This document shows, one piece after another, positions 1-14,391 of a DNA stretch of 64,000 nucleotides. This stretch comes from Balanoglossus misakiensis. Taxonomy: Eukaryota; Animalia; Hemichordata. Within the stretch, counting starts at the first letter, position 1, and each line of letters begins with the position of its first letter. The translations under genes were made by a program, and so were the position numbers. The stretch is taken from the NCBI GenBank assembly GCA_040954595.2, contig CM082576.2, positions 16,415,028-16,479,027 of the forward strand. The letters are read 5' to 3'. The notes under the pieces were generated by a model. That model was not told where the DNA came from, did not search any database, and saw only the letters and a program-made list of their open reading frames with translations.

Positions 1-227
1 CGTACCGTCTGATTCTGTTTCAAGTCCAAGAATATTTGTTGCTTTAGATATCTCACTGGTATAAATTGCCTTGTGCTCAGATTTGAAAAGGCAAAATGAT
101 TAATTTAGAATCTGAATGTGGTCAGCTCGATCAACTGATGTATTCAGTGTTTTTGCTAAGGTTGGGGAACATTGGTAATGGATTGGGGAACCCCGGTAAC
201 ATTTCTACATTTTAGCAATTTTTATTT

Positions 228-556
228 AGGTCCCATTTGGTATGTTTAACCCTAATGCTACTGGGTGTCATATCTGTTTAGAATGTCCTTAAAATGTGTA
301 TTTGCCACTTTTTCTTCTAAAACGTATTTTGACTGTCTTGACATGGCTCTCATATGTACTCAGACACACTTGGCAGTCTGAGCCCCCTGTAAAATGTACC
401 AAATCATACTGGTTTCCCGTTTGCACTGTATTGGTCTGAGGGTCTTGTATAGGCCCTACTGATTAGCATGCACTTGGCAGTCTAACAGGCCCGGGAGCCA
501 TTTTTCTATGCACCTTGGAAATCAAACCAGTTTCAACTGACTTGGCAGCGTTAGGA

Positions 557-588
<32 letters not shown>

Positions 589-2340
589 CCTTATGGAATC
601 AGTTGCATCGGTCTGTCTGTTTGTATGTATGCCTGGCGGTCCAATCTGAAATTGATCAAAACTCAGAAACTCAACAACCACTGGTCATATTGATTTGAAA
701 ATTGGTATGCATATATACCTTATGTTAATCTCACACAGTTCTGTATTTTTAGGTCCCATTGGTATGTACCATTGGACCTTATGGGATCGGTTGCGTCTGT
801 ATGTATATGTATGTATGTTTGTATGTCCGTCCACATCAAAAACTTGAAAACCGCAGTGCGTATGACCTCGATATTTGGTGTGTAGATGCAGGCAGGGCTG
901 TAGATGGGAGTTTGTTCAAATGAAGGTGTCATTGCCAAAAATATGCAAATTAGCTGGGAAAATGTGAAATTGGTCAAAACTCAAAAACTCGACAACCACT
1001 GGTCATATTGATTTGAAATTTGGTATGCATGTACCTTATGTCAACCTCATACAGTCCTGTATGTTTTGAGCTAATATTATCGATTTCCTATTTTTTATGC
1101 ATTTTTTTGTATTTTTCCATGTTATTGGTAAAAAGTCTTCATTTCTGAAAATGATGGGCTTACTTCTTTGAAATTTAGTATGAAGCTTCCTAATGGTTGT
1201 CTGAGTAACCATAGTTTTGTTCAAATTGTTGCAAAATTTGCATATTTATGCACAGTCAGGACGTAAGTGGGGTAATCACGGCGGTGAGATCAAAGAGATC
1301 TATTTGAATGTGAAGGTCGCTGAGTGGCAGTTACGGCCAGTTCGAAAAATTTTCAAACGGAGATTTTCGGTACTACAAGTGATCGTAGTGCATCCATTTT
1401 TCTAAGACGTGTATGAAACACCATAGTCAATGATAGGATGATTTTTCGTGAAGTTTTAACGACGCGTTCCCGAGAAAGACAGTTTCGGTATGTTGGTTTA
1501 AATTGTGGTCCTTGACTCTCGGCAAAGATTTCTTGTCTTGAAAAAAATTGGGTAGGTTAGGAAGATATTGAACTAAGTTACCGTGAAATTATAATAGTGT
1601 GAGCCGCTCCGTTGTGGAGTAATGACGGTGTAAAAATTGCCTTCGCCATCGACGAGTACAGCCGTGTTTGCCATATGTGGGTCAACGCATGTTAACCCAT
1701 GACGTAATGGCTTCCTTTTCAACGCGTCGTTATCTCTCATTAGCATATTATATACGGAGTCTATACACTATTCACGCTGACTGACTTCTCAGGACTGACC
1801 TATGGCACTGTAAATTGTGGTCCTTGACTCTCGGCATGGATATATTCATGTCAAAATTATGAATAGAGGAGTTTAATAATATTTCTAAAACCTGAGGGGG
1901 TTAATTTTTGTGCGGGTATGGCTGATATTTTTTTTTTTATTTTTTAACTTCAAGGTCACTTTGAATTTCATGATCACAATTTTGTCAGTGGAAGTAAAGA
2001 AATTCTTCTCGATATAACTTCATGAAAAATCACATGTAGTACACTCATAGTACCAGTAATGTGCCTGGGGTGAAATAATTGTCAGAAATGGGTTGCAAGT
2101 TGCTTAACTTTCGTTGTGAAAAAAGTTGAAAAACTGTATGCAAATGAGCAATTCAAACGTTACTGGCCAGTTCAAGTGTTTGCATTGCATGATCCCCTGC
2201 TGTTTCATTACCCCACTTACGTCCTGACTGCGCATGCCAGATTGCTTTGCAATTTGGTAGGCATGTTCGTAGGGGTAACTTAAGTAATATGTTGTAAAAA
2301 AATGTGATATTTGCATTTATGTGTTATCGGGGAAAGTTTA
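228..2340 (+). mobile_element. Non-autonomous Helentron/HINE (Pearl/DINE-1-like) element fragments, interrupted by the TIR element at 1253-2230
   Basis: Head motif tttaggtcccattggta..taccattggacct (imperfect hairpin, ~749-779) followed by (GTCT/GTAT)n and repeated cores (caaccactggtcatattgatttgaaat at ~674 and ~994). The same head recurs at ~228, ~586, ~9031 and in each 5S spacer. Family assignment is by architecture only; boundaries approximate. Confidence 0.5.
1253..2230. mobile_element. Non-autonomous TIR DNA transposon (~980 bp), copy 1
   Basis: Perfect 24-bp TIRs cagtcaggacgtaagtggggtaat / attaccccacttacgtcctgactg. Near-identical copy at 49847-50839. TSD not clean at this copy. Confidence 0.9.
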
Positions 2341-3418
2341 CATAACTTTAATAGGCCAGCTGTTACAGAGACCACCAGCTATTAAATGTTTAATTACCAG
2401 TGGCAGGTCAGTGTGTGTTTGTCTGTCTGTCTGTCTGTGTGTTTGTTCCAGGGCTGTCTGAAAGAAGTTGCTTCTCATATGTGTTTGTACAGACAATTTG
2501 TGGTCAATTTTTTTTCTTCTAGCAACACTCGTAAGACTGCCATGACACATGACAGTTTATTAGGCATGTTCCTTGTTAATTTTTTTTACATTCCATATTT
2601 CTCTATGGTAAGATCATATCTGCTTGCAATGTCACCTGTAATTGTTATTCTGGTGTGTCACTGTTTCCGCATAATCCTCAAATGGGACCACAGTGTCCTT
2701 GACGCTATTTTTATTTATCAGTGGCGGGTCAGTGAGCGTCTCTATCTGTCTGTCCCAGGGCTTACTGAAAGAAGTTGCTTGTCATATGTGTTTGTACAGA
2801 CAATTTTGGTCAAAAATAAATTTTTGTAGCACTATTTGTAAGATTGCCGTGACACATGAAAGTTCATTGGGCATGTCCCAGAGGTCGCGTTTACGGAAAA
2901 AGTATGCGTATTTGACGCAAAAAATCCTCACTTGACGCAGATATCTTAATCAGTGCGTCAATATTGACGCATAGGAACCATCGCTCTATTAACACAATGG
3001 TCAACGGATGGAAACCATAAGCGTGATACGCATACTGCTGACTATCCCCCTGGGATCAAAATAATCACTTGTGCGCGCAAACTTTGTACTCAAAATGTAA
3101 CAACCACTAGTGCGCCCAACCTTTTGTACTCAAAATGTAACTAATTTTGTTTAATGAATATTGAACTACAGTAGACATGTCTAGGACGCAGGCTGAAAGG
3201 AGTTTGACGCATTTTTTTTTATGAATGCGTCAAAAAGACGCACTCAAAAAAGTGTCCCTAGTTAATCTTTTTACATTTCCATATTTATTGGTTAGGTCAT
3301 ATCTGCTTGCCAGTGTCACCTGTGATTTTAATTCTGGTGTATACCTATTTCCATGTAATCCTCAAATGGGACCACAATGTCTTTGACACTATGTTTTATT
3401 ATGTTCTATCTGGAGAAA

Positions 3419-4510
3419 TCACATTCTACATTCACAAATGTCACAGGACAGGTATGACAAACAACTAGCCAATATACACAGGTTAGGATATGCTTGTTCA
3501 TGTGTTTTTAAACCCCATTCCCAGATTTTTGTGAAATCCTGATTTCTTGACTTACACATTACATGTTGGAAAAGAAGCCACTTACTGATGAGTTTTGCTT
3601 TCTTAAGTGGTGGATTCACAGTATTTCTATCACCATCTGTTTTTTTCTGTCCCCCAAAATTCGCCCAGCTTTGACATCTGATTGAACATCACCATATACA
3701 GTGCAATCTGATCTGCATCTATTGGAATGAGAATATCAAAAACTGAACTGATTTCATCGTCATTTTTAACAAATCTTCGTGCTAGATTATCAGATATGCA
3801 AGTCAGAAATTTCTCACTTCTTCTAGCAAAATTCTCCCGCTGTTTCTTAGCTAGTGTAATGTGACCAGGAAATTTATTTTCCAGTTTTGTTTTATTAATC
3901 CTTAACTTAACACAATCTAGGAACTGCTGAAAATTGCTTCTGGACTCATCCACTGCCTTTTTACATGCAGTTATGCAATCAGATATTTCTGACAACATTA
4001 CTTTTTCAATTTTCCTTTTTAAACTGTGTCCTTGCCTGGTGCTAGCTCCATCTGTGCCCAGAGATATCATCAGACTTGAAAGAGACCGACCCTTCTTTGA
4101 TAGATAACTTTCACTTCCAAGTGTAGCTGCTCAGATGTTGCTCTGTTGAGCATTGAGATGCTCAGAAAATGAGACTCCACCTTTCCATATACACCACTCC
4201 ACGAATGTATATAAATCATCAAATTTTGACAAACAGCAATATTTGTTGATTCATCTAACTGAAGCTAATAGAATTTTGCGACTTTCATCCTTCCAATCAC
4301 GTTTTTTCCTACAATGTCGGCGATACCATCACCTAAAGCTTGTCAATACTTGCACTGACCCTCTCATCTTGGCAGAGAACTGCAACTTATTTGACTTACT
4401 GATGTTGTCATCAATTTTGTTGTTCCTACTGTTATTTTACATCTTTATACAATCTTTCTAATTTTATAATATCAGCTAGGCTATAAGCTTACTTCAGAGC
4501 TTCACATCGA
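3419..4510 (-). pseudogene. Degenerate hAT-family (ZNF862-like) transposase remnant
   Basis: ORF fragments with SLGTDGAS (hAT catalytic-region motif) and YPNLCILA..CE (resembles hAT C-terminal dimerisation region); broken by stops and frameshifts. Confidence 0.55.
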
Positions 4511-7500
4511 CATCGCGAGTTGTGAATGAAGCCAGTTAAGTTTACAATATTTCAAATTCTGATGGGAATCCCACCATGCATGTACATTGAATGGTGGTAA
4601 TCACATGTTTTGAGTCACCTGATACAGTGATAGTTCCATTTGGGAATGACTCTGTGTTGTTCAGATGAATGTTGAATTTTCCACCACTTCCTTATTGGAA
4701 TTGGCATGGTGAATTCAAATTAAAATGCATTTGTTTTTCACCATTTGTCATTTTTACTATATTTTGCAAATGTAGTGAGTGCAGGCGCAACCCCTGACAT
4801 TTGAACTGCAGATAAAGATACATGTATATTGTATTTGAGTGTCTCCTACCCATGATTTTCATACTGAAAGTTTTCATTTTGTACTCAAAATTGTTTTCAA
4901 CTTTCTTTCTTGCAGGAGGAACTTTCCGTGAAATCTGACAAGACTATGGTGGGGAAAAGTTGAGGATTACAGAAATGGATGTACATTACTAGTGTTACTA
5001 CAGCTGATCATTAAGAGGGAAGTATTATTTTTTATTCATTCATACTTTGTATATATTCTTTTGCCTAAAATGCAGTGTACCGGTACGTTGCTGGATGATG
5101 TAGGATTACAAACACTAGTCTGCTGAAAAACATGGTAAGCATATTATTAATAATTCAGTTTGGGTGTTTTTCCATATGTTGTAATGCAAATTTATGATAA
5201 GGATGGTGAGTGTACTGTGTTGATCACACTATCAGTCACATTGAAATTTGAGCAATTATATGTCTTTAAAATCAATGAAAATTGAAATAAAAAGTTAATA
5301 TGAGAACAGTCAATCTATGAATGAAATGTGTATTGAGAACTGTATAATGCATAGATCAAAGAGTAACTTCCACTGAACACCAGTGCATTTGGTTTTGTCA
5401 TCATAAAGGTAAGATTGTAGTTTGCAGAATGGGGGTTGATTTTAGACAACATCTAATGAAGAGTGAAATACAGAACTAATTTAATAATAGACAGGGCTCA
5501 CAGTATCAGGTATATGAAAATTATAATTTGGGGGGTTTGCATGATAGGTATGATAAAGTTTCAAAATACATCTTAAACAAGGATATCCCTTGTATAAATG
5601 ATTAGTAAAAATATGAAACCTTGATGATAATGATTAGGTAATAATAATGTGCACAATAATGATGATGATGATGATGACCAGGACGACGATATAACTGAAA
5701 TAAATAATAATAATAATAATAATCATGATAAAACAAAAAAAATACAGTAATGATGATGATGATGATGATAGTACTTTATAGCTGTGTAAGAAAGACACCA
5801 TAATAGTTTCTGAATAGTGTACGGTATTGTAATCATGGTATTGTCCGATTTAGGTGGATCTTTGGGTTACTTTGAGATGAAAAGGCTGGAGAATGAATAG
5901 GTTTCAAATGGTATTCCGTATATGTGATTATTTGATTCTTAATGGTCTTTATTTAATCCAGATTAATTGCAGTAATATTTTATCTGTTAGACTTGGCATT
6001 GTGGTTGGTGGTATATAGTAACAAAATAATAATGTTAGTGAAGGTTTAATTTAACCATAAATATAACACAGAGATGTATTTTTATCTAAACAGTCAGTCA
6101 CATTCATCTTGAATACCCATCAGAATTGGTAGCCTAAACATTATGCATAGTTGATATTGCATACTTTGTGATTCTGTGTACAGAGTTTTGTGAGACAGAT
6201 GATTCTGTATACAAATTAGTGTAAGATGACCCTAGTACATAGAGCTGTTGGTGAAAACATTTATGACTGGTGTATTAAAAACATCATTGATATGACTGTT
6301 ATTGTTAATTAAATAAAGTTTTCTTTTTTTCTAGGAATGTGTGTCTTATGACTCCCAGTTCATTTTGCGTGATATGTGCATACATATACCGTACTTGTGC
6401 TACTTTTTACACTGTAGTGCAATGACACTGCAGTTAGATTGACTTTGGTATTTAACGTGTTTTGTATAATATTCCATTTTCAGCATCTAAGTAATAACCA
6501 TATTTAAATCAGAATACATGCATTTCTTTTTACTTAAATTTGATTACAGGTGATGTGCTTGATTGGTGATGCTTCATTATGGCATCATAACAGAAGAAGT
6601 CATTTACACATGCACTTTCTGTAATGTGTATAGTACTAGTTGTGTTGCTGAGATAATTGTCTTAAAACCCATGTATGTAATGCAATGACTCTGCAGTTAT
6701 ATAGACTGTGGAATAAATGTGTTTTTGTATAATATTCCATGTGGGTGTCCCCATTCTGACCTGGCCAGTCAGATTTGGGGATGTTATTACATACCTTGCA
6801 CTCACAAACATGACATACTACATACCTTGCACTCACAAACATGATGTAACCACTCACGCAGAGTGGTGATAAGTAAAAGTTTCTGATTTATCAAACTTGT
6901 ATATTTTTGATCACATTTGTATTGGATGCATGATTTCATTCCAGATTATTAACTAAACATTGCATAATATAATGATTTATATTTCAGATGTTTACCCATG
7001 TATTTTATTGTGTTTAATACCATCCAGTCAATTTCACCAACAGCTCTTTGCCTCTCTCCCCCCCCCCCCCCCCCCCTTTCATCAATTAAGTGAGCACTCA
7101 TTTGTATTGGAAAGCAATTTACATAGCTCTTCTGTTTTCAGAATTGCAGTAATTTAGTAAAATCAGCATTCAGAATTACTGGTGTATAATATCAGCTATG
7201 CATAATAATAATAATTACCATTTGAAAGTTTAATTTTAGTAATTACAATATTCTTAGACTTACAAATTTATGTACTGATAATAATAAACTTATAATATTT
7301 AATTAAGAGTATAATGCAGCTAGTTTAGTAAATGAGAGACTGGACTTTGTAGAATGTCATTGGATAAAAGGTTCTGATTTTCATGGGTCATTTAATATTT
7401 TGATTTTATTCCTTTAATGTGATTGTGGTGGCAGTTTTGATGTTAATTGTTAATTCTAGTTGTTTCTATGGTGATGAGGTTGATGGTTTTTACTGATTTT

Positions 7501-7515
7501 GATGGCGGTCATGAT

Positions 7516-7585
7516 TATGATGATGTTGATGATGATGATGATGATGATGATAATGATGATAAAAATACGTTGGTAATAATGACAG

Positions 7586-7624
<39 letters not shown>
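7516..7624. repeat. (GAT)n microsatellite, interrupted
   Basis: Directly visible. Confidence 0.9.
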
Positions 7625-7626
<2 letters not shown>

Positions 7627-8865
7627 AAAGTTTAAACAATAATTAACTTATTCTGCAGTTTGAATTGATAATTGTCGAGCAGCCTCAGCTAAAAAGCAAA
7701 ATTTAATAATTATGTATGATGATATTACGGGATAACTGCTGAAAAGCCCATTAATAGTTTTGAGGAGTGTGTAGTTTTCTTGAATTCGTAAATTGAGAGA
7801 TGAATTTCTAGTGGGAACTAAAACTTGTAAGGGGTATAATATAGCAATTAAATAATACGTAGAAAGGGGGTAACTGCATATTAATTTGTTGATAATTTGT
7901 TGAATTTCTCGTCCCCATGGGACAACTTTATTAATGGTGATTTGTTAACTGGGTACTGGTCCATGCTTCTCCCATGGAAGTAGAGATAGTTTCATGTTTT
8001 GTGTGTCTATTTGGTAATTAAGTAAGTTTAAACCCACCCAGTCTATGATTATGAATTAACATTTATTATTTATTATTTGTTACAGATGCAGAGGTTTGTA
8101 AGCCACCAAGTTGCAGTCCAGAGCAGTCAGTTATAATTGTCTATTTACACAGTTTTTCTCATTAGTTTCAGATTTCCATGATGCAATACATCCTCCTGTC
8201 CAGACGCCAAAATGGTAACCAGGTAACATGACTCCTGTGGTGTGAGTATGCAAATTAAATGTGTATGAGCAGCCATTGAAGTACATAATATTCATAAACC
8301 ACAATAAAGATCTGAATGACAATGTCACAAGTTTTGTCCATACGGGTACTTTCAAGAACAATAGTATGGTGTCTTATATTGTTCATGAAGCCTGGAGCTC
8401 ATCTGTCTATGGATACATTTTATTGTCGTTTTGTTTGATGCAAAAGTACTTATTGACGTATTTTTCATCTTTGCAGATTTCACTCTGATGATTGAACATC
8501 TGCCAACCCAGATCTGTGCATTAATAACTATAAACCAGCCAAGCAGATTTCAAAAGGTAACAATTCAAGCTGCAAACATCATTAGTGTGGTGTATGGTAC
8601 AATTATTCCAATATGACGACCACAATTGCATTAAACTTGGTTCTGTGACATATATGTGCACCCATAGAGTTCAAGCTCTCAACATTATTGTTAATTCTGT
8701 TTAGCAAGCTTTATTGTAGGAGTACAGACTAGACTAGCTGCAGGCTAGACTCTATATTTACCCACCACGAGAGAAAAGTCTGCTTTACAATATGTACCCT
8801 TTTATATTTGGGTAAATAAACATTATTATTATATTTTATTGTGCAGTTTGGTCCGCTCCTGGTCC

Positions 8866-9343
8866 TGTCCTGGTTGGGTGGTTAAATAATATGCTTCTAG
8901 ACACAGCTTCTAGACATCAACAACACTTTATTCAGCCATGTCATCAGCTACAAGCATCGTGGGACCCTGAACAATGACCTGAGAGCGTACCACTCGACCA
9001 CAGGTAAGTATTCAGATAACACCTCCCCTTTTTAGGTCCCAGTTGGTATATATATATGTAATATATACCAATGTGACCTGAAGGGATCATTTGCATCTGT
9101 CTATGTATGTCTCTATCTGTCGATCTGTCTGTATGCATGCATGCATGTATGCGTGTATGTATGTATGTATGTATGTATGTATGTATGTATGTATGTATGT
9201 ATGTATGTATGTATGTGCATGTATGTATGTATGTATGTATGTATGTATGTATGTATGTATGTATGTATGTATGTATGTGTATGTATGTATGTATGTATGT
9301 ATGTGCATGTATGTGTATGTATGTATGTATGTATGTATGTATG

Positions 9344-9374
<31 letters not shown>

Positions 9375-11199
9375 TCAAATAAATCTGCCATTTCTCTGAT
9401 ATGAACGGCCATGGACTGACTTTGGCAACCTATAATCTTAATTGCCATGGAGCTCTTGGTTGTACTGGTTGTAGTCTAATGGAATCACCTATCTCCAAAG
9501 CTGGTATGGGTTGGCATGCCTGTTGGAAGTTTCTTTAGCCCTCTGTTTCGTGCTTCTGATATTTTCTGACACATGGTCCATGACATGAGGCTTCAGAAGT
9601 GACTGTGATGTTGGCATAGTGGTCCTTATTCTGCTGGACATCGATGAGACACGCGGTTTCACTTCATGTGTGATTTCCCCCGTTAATATTTCCTGGACAA
9701 AAAAGAAAATCGCTTGCTCTTCGCAAACAAGCATCAGATCCAAGGTGGCTTACATTGTATTAGTGTGTGCTCTTGTGATCATCTGTTGACTATAGACATT
9801 GGTATGATCACTTTTATTCCTTTGAACATAACTCCATCAGTTAATTCGTCTGTGAAGTTCCAGAAGTTCCTGGATGCTAATCAGAACACTCTTCCCATGA
9901 GTGTGACAAGCCTGTCATCATTGTGCACAGGGGCTTTGCAATGAGCTTGTGCAAAGTACATTTGACTTGGTGGTGTGTGCCTTCTGATAGACGCATGGAG
10001 TCAAGTGGATTTTCCTCTCCTCAGTCATCTAGAAAGTTTGGTAATCTGGACTGCACTTCTCTCTGTGATTGTAATTGCCTTGTTCACAGGCTCAGCTCAG
10101 CGTATATTTGGGATATAAATCTTTGAACCTGGCATGCATCTGATATTGCAAGTTATATTTCCATGTTGTTTTTAAATGATCGAATCTGTAGCATACATAA
10201 ACAAATAGCCGAACCTTCTTTTGTGATCTCGGTATTTCTGCATTCAGTTTGTGACAGTGACCTTGATGCAAATGCCACTGGCTGTCTATCCTGAAGTAGA
10301 GTGGCTCCTAATCCAAATTCTGACGCATCACATTGTATGGTCACGTCACTGTGAACATCACAGTACTTCAATACTGGTGCTGTCCTGATCAGCTGCTGTA
10401 TGGTAGCTAAAACCTGCCTGTTGACCCTCCCATATGAATTCAACTTTCTTCCCAATCACTTTGCATAGTGGTTCTCATACCTTTGGCATGAATTGCGAGA
10501 GGTATATAGTAGACACAACCAAAAAAGTGCTGTATTCCCTTTTTGTCTCTATGTTGTGGCATATTGACAGTTGCTGACACCTGAGCAAGATCTGTCTGAT
10601 ATCCATCTCCAGTGAGTAGTTGACCTATGGAAGGGAAGTATTCCTTTTGTGAACTTCTTTTTGTTCAGTTTGGGTTGTATCAAGTTCTTGTCATGGTCTG
10701 TCAGTGCTTCATCCATTAGTGTCACTGCGGTCCATAAACACTGAATGTCATCTTCTATTTCTTCGACTTCAGTGAGTCCTGACAATACTTCATTTTGACG
10801 ATGTTAAGTTGGTACTCCTCCATAACACTTAATGTCTGTGTATCTTGTGTAAAACATTCTGCTAATCACAAGTCATTGCTGTCTGTTAATCTCCCCAGAC
10901 TGTTGTCAACTCTTCTGATGTTATGGTTGGTGGGTTAAAGAATATGCAAAGCACACAGCTTCTAGATGGAACAGTAACAACAACCATGTATGTCATCACC
11001 AACAATCATCACACACAACTTCCAGATGGAACAGTAACTACAACCATGTCATCACCAACAAGCATCGTAAACTGCAGCTTCTAGATGAAACAGTAACAAC
11101 AACACTTTATTCAGCCATGTCATCGACTGCAAGCATCGTGGGACTGTGAACTATGACCTGAGGCTGTACCACTACATTCAAGTAAGTATCCTGATAACC
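8866..11199 (-). mobile_element. Degenerate, internally deleted Ty3/Gypsy LTR retrotransposon
   Basis: Diverged direct repeats at ~8866-9021 and ~10919-11199 (shared aacactttattcagccatgtcatc..caagcatcgtggga..gtaagtat..gataac). Minus-strand PPT aaaaaggggagg next to 9021. RNase H-like fragment VTIQCDASEFGLGATLLQDRQPVAFASRSL (10153-10455). Confidence 0.75.
9031..9372 (+). repeat. HINE-like head plus long (TATG)n microsatellite inside the Gypsy remnant
   Basis: tttaggtcccagttggtata..tataccaatgtgacct head, then ~240 bp of TATG repeats; explains the YIHT/MYVC pseudo-ORFs. Confidence 0.85.
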
Positions 11200-11309
11200 C
11201 AGTGTGGTCATCAGGCAACCATCTTTTTCACACAAAAAATTCAAGTACAGCGCCATATGTCAGACATGCTTGAACCGATTCTGTTCTGACTTCATACAAC
11301 CATGATGTA

Positions 11310-12026
11310 CAGTAAACCGTTGATTATCCGAACGTCGATTATCCGCATTGTTTGGCTATCCGAACTCACTCTGTGTCCCCCGAAAAGTCTACCTGTACTA
11401 GGCGTATACCTTGCTTAATCATCGTTTGATATTCACGGCCCTGGCTGTCAAAGGATGGCATTGTAGTACAGCACTTTCCTCCTTAATAAAGTTTATTTCT
11501 TTAAACAACTTTACCGCCATTAGCCTTGTGTTTTTATTCTTTAAGTGGTATGAATGATTTGGATCCATTTTCGCAAGAGGTGTGAAAATAACAGCTCAAC
11601 AATGGCACGGTTAGGTAGAAGTGGGTTTCGGGAAATGACACCATTCGTAATTCCAGTATTGATCTAGTAACATCGTCGAACCAGCATCGCTCTCCTTCCG
11701 CCATTACAGTCTATGTCATCATGGCTGAGTCATCAATGAAACGCAAGTGTCACATGCTCGACCCCAACACCATCTTTTATTTATTTTTTCAATTATCACA
11801 TAACTTTGCTTTGTAAAGTATTCAAAATGCTTCAAATTTTACTTCAGAAAAACAATGTGTCTTGTCGGTATAGGTTCATGTACCTATACATGTATATGTG
11901 AGATATGACCTGAATGTGACCCCCCCCCCCCCCCCCCCCAAGATTGCATTATCCGAACTGATCGCATATCCGAACCAAAAGCCTGTGAGTGTCCCCCTAG
12001 CTGTTCGGATAATCAATGGTTTACTG
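11310..12026. mobile_element. Tc1/mariner-pogo (Tigger-like) MITE
   Basis: TIRs cagtaaaccgttgattatccgaac / gttcggataatcaatggtttactg, flanked by TA on both sides. Confidence 0.85.
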
Positions 12027-12792
12027 TACTCTGATGTACGTGCATGTCAATTTTTGTCTCCACGTGATCGAATATTGGGATCCAACCATGTTGGCCATTG
12101 ATCTGATTTTTCATGTCAGGAACCATAACTCAGACCCCGCCTGTTATAATGCCATCCAATTAAAATAATACAGTGGGGACTATATCATTGACAAGATTGT
12201 GTCACTTTTGATTGATAGCTTTTCTTCAGACTTGTTGAAATATACTTTCTTATGACATGTCTGGCAGTGAAGGGGCATCAACCGCCATATTAAATAAAGA
12301 TCAAGAAATTATCTCATTGGATGTTGTCACTTCCTGGGCCTCTTTTTTTATTCCCTGTTCAGTGTTTGACATGAGCACATATTTGTTTCTGTGAGGAAGT
12401 AAATGTCTCTTTGTTGCTTTGATAAATCAATACAAGGTAAGTGTAATGTCCTCTATCTGTTAATTATAGGGAAGAAGAGGATACATGTATGAATTCAAAA
12501 GCCGGTGCATTGGATGCTGTGTGTTACTGACTTCAACCAACTGTGTTTGATTTCATCGTCATTTCAAGGACAGAACTTCCACCATGAGTTGATATTGAAC
12601 ATTGAACGATCCTTACCTGAGTTATATGATCCATAGTACAAATGTAATATTCTTGTAGCATTTTTTGGTGATTGTGTTCTGGAGAGAGAGGGAGCAGGTT
12701 AAAATTCAATTGCAATGTGTACATTTCAATATGCCAACACTACTTCAAGTTTGACATTGAATATTCTCTATTGAATCCAATTGTATTGCTTT

Positions 12793-12964
12793 GTTGCAGT
12801 CCTGAAATCCCATCCTATTGTTATTGCAGTCTTAAAATCCAGTCTTATCACTTTATTGCAGTCCTAAAATCCAGTCTTATCACTTTATTGCAGTCCTAAA
12901 ATCCAAACCTGTTTCTTTATTGCAGTCCTAAAATCCAAACCTGTTTCTTTATTGCAGTCCTAAA
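12793..12964. repeat. ~31-bp minisatellite (tattgcagtcctaaaatcc...), about 5.5 copies
   Basis: Directly visible tandem repeat. Confidence 0.85.
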
Positions 12965-13905
12965 TTATCACTACGATTTGTTCTGCATAACCTGAAGGTT
13001 GTTGGGTCCTATAGTCACAATAAGCATTGCGCGTAACAAGCACTGTGTGTAAATTAAGACTAATTGCACTGGATACAGCAACCTTCCGGTGTTTACCATT
13101 TAGCCTAAAAATACAGCGCATAATTGCACCCAGGTAAACTGTCAATAAGCTGATTGGTAAACAAATAAAAAGAAATGACAGCATTATTTTGGTATTCATT
13201 ATTTATTTCTTGTTGCATCCCTTTTAAATCAGGGGCTCAACTGCAATAGACTCATGAAAAATTGAATTACTGAATAAATACCTTGAAAAAAAATTGCAGA
13301 CAAATATTGGTATGAAACTTGTGTGAAACAGTTGTGTTTTTAAAAGCAAACATGACAATAAAGAGTACACACCATTGCACATTGGTTTGACTTGCTCTCT
13401 CTATTAACTTCAATTATCCTTTTTTTTCCATTATTGTATATGGGCATGATTTTCTAGTATTGTACATTTTTAAAGTATGAATTATTAATGTAGAAGAATT
13501 AGATGTTTAATAACAATATGATATAGTCATAGGAGATTTTCAAAGCCAAAGGTGATTTATAGGTGATAGTTCATTATTTTTCCTTTACTGCATTTTCTTG
13601 TGTATTTTTTATAAACCTAGAATTTTAACCTGAATCCACAAATCTCAAACGTTGCACAATGATGCTGGCCTATGAAATCTTGTGCATAACACTTATGAAT
13701 GTTTAATTAGTCACGTGACCTAGTGGCCATCTTGGATTGAAATTTCAATTAGACCTCCTTTGCATCAGAAATGAGGAACAAAATTCTGTTCTCTTGCCTT
13801 GTTCACCATTATGGCCAGTATCCTACATGCCAAATTTCAAGGTCCTTGTCCATGTGGATTTTGAGAATTTTTCCATGACCTTTGACCCAGCAATAGGACT
13901 ATACC

Positions 13906-14292
13906 TAGTCTGGTTCCCTGCCCCAATCCCACCGCTGGCTGCGCTACGCTAAAGGGAAAGGGTCAGGCACGGCCTATTGTAAACATGGCTCTCATTGGTC
14001 AATACATACGAACATTAAGTTGTTAAATTGATAAGTTGTTGTAAGATACTCATTTCCCGTTCTCTCCTTCACCTCCATGAATGTTTATCATTCGATTTCC
14101 AGCTTTATAACAAACGAAACAAAATAAACTGCCTGGATGAATCTTGACTGGCGTACGGACATTGGAGGCATCCATCTTGTTTATGATCACGTGGTTTCCC
14201 CAGGTTTCTGGGTGTGAAATCGGGCCGTACCTGACCCCTTTCCCTTTAGCGTAGCACAGCCAGCGGTGGGATTGGGGCAGGGAACCAGACTA
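13906..14292. mobile_element. MITE with TAGTCT termini and 9-bp TSD (Academ/AcademH-like)
   Basis: ~68-bp TIRs tagtctggttccctgccccaatccc.. / ..gggattggggcagggaaccagacta. TSD gactatacc at 13897-13905 and 14293-14301. Superfamily is inferred from termini and TSD. Confidence 0.85.
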
Positions 14293-14391
14293 GACTATAC
14301 CTTTACAGATTAGCTATGGTGACATCTTATTCTGGCATTCTGGGCAGCCAGTGTCTGTTGACCAGTGACCAGCATGAGACCAAAATAAAAG

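Noticed and set aside
8944-9448. ORFs with YIHT/MYVC repeats (also IHPS ORFs at 16937-17308 and poly-D/M at 7447-7635)
   Set aside because: Translations of microsatellites.
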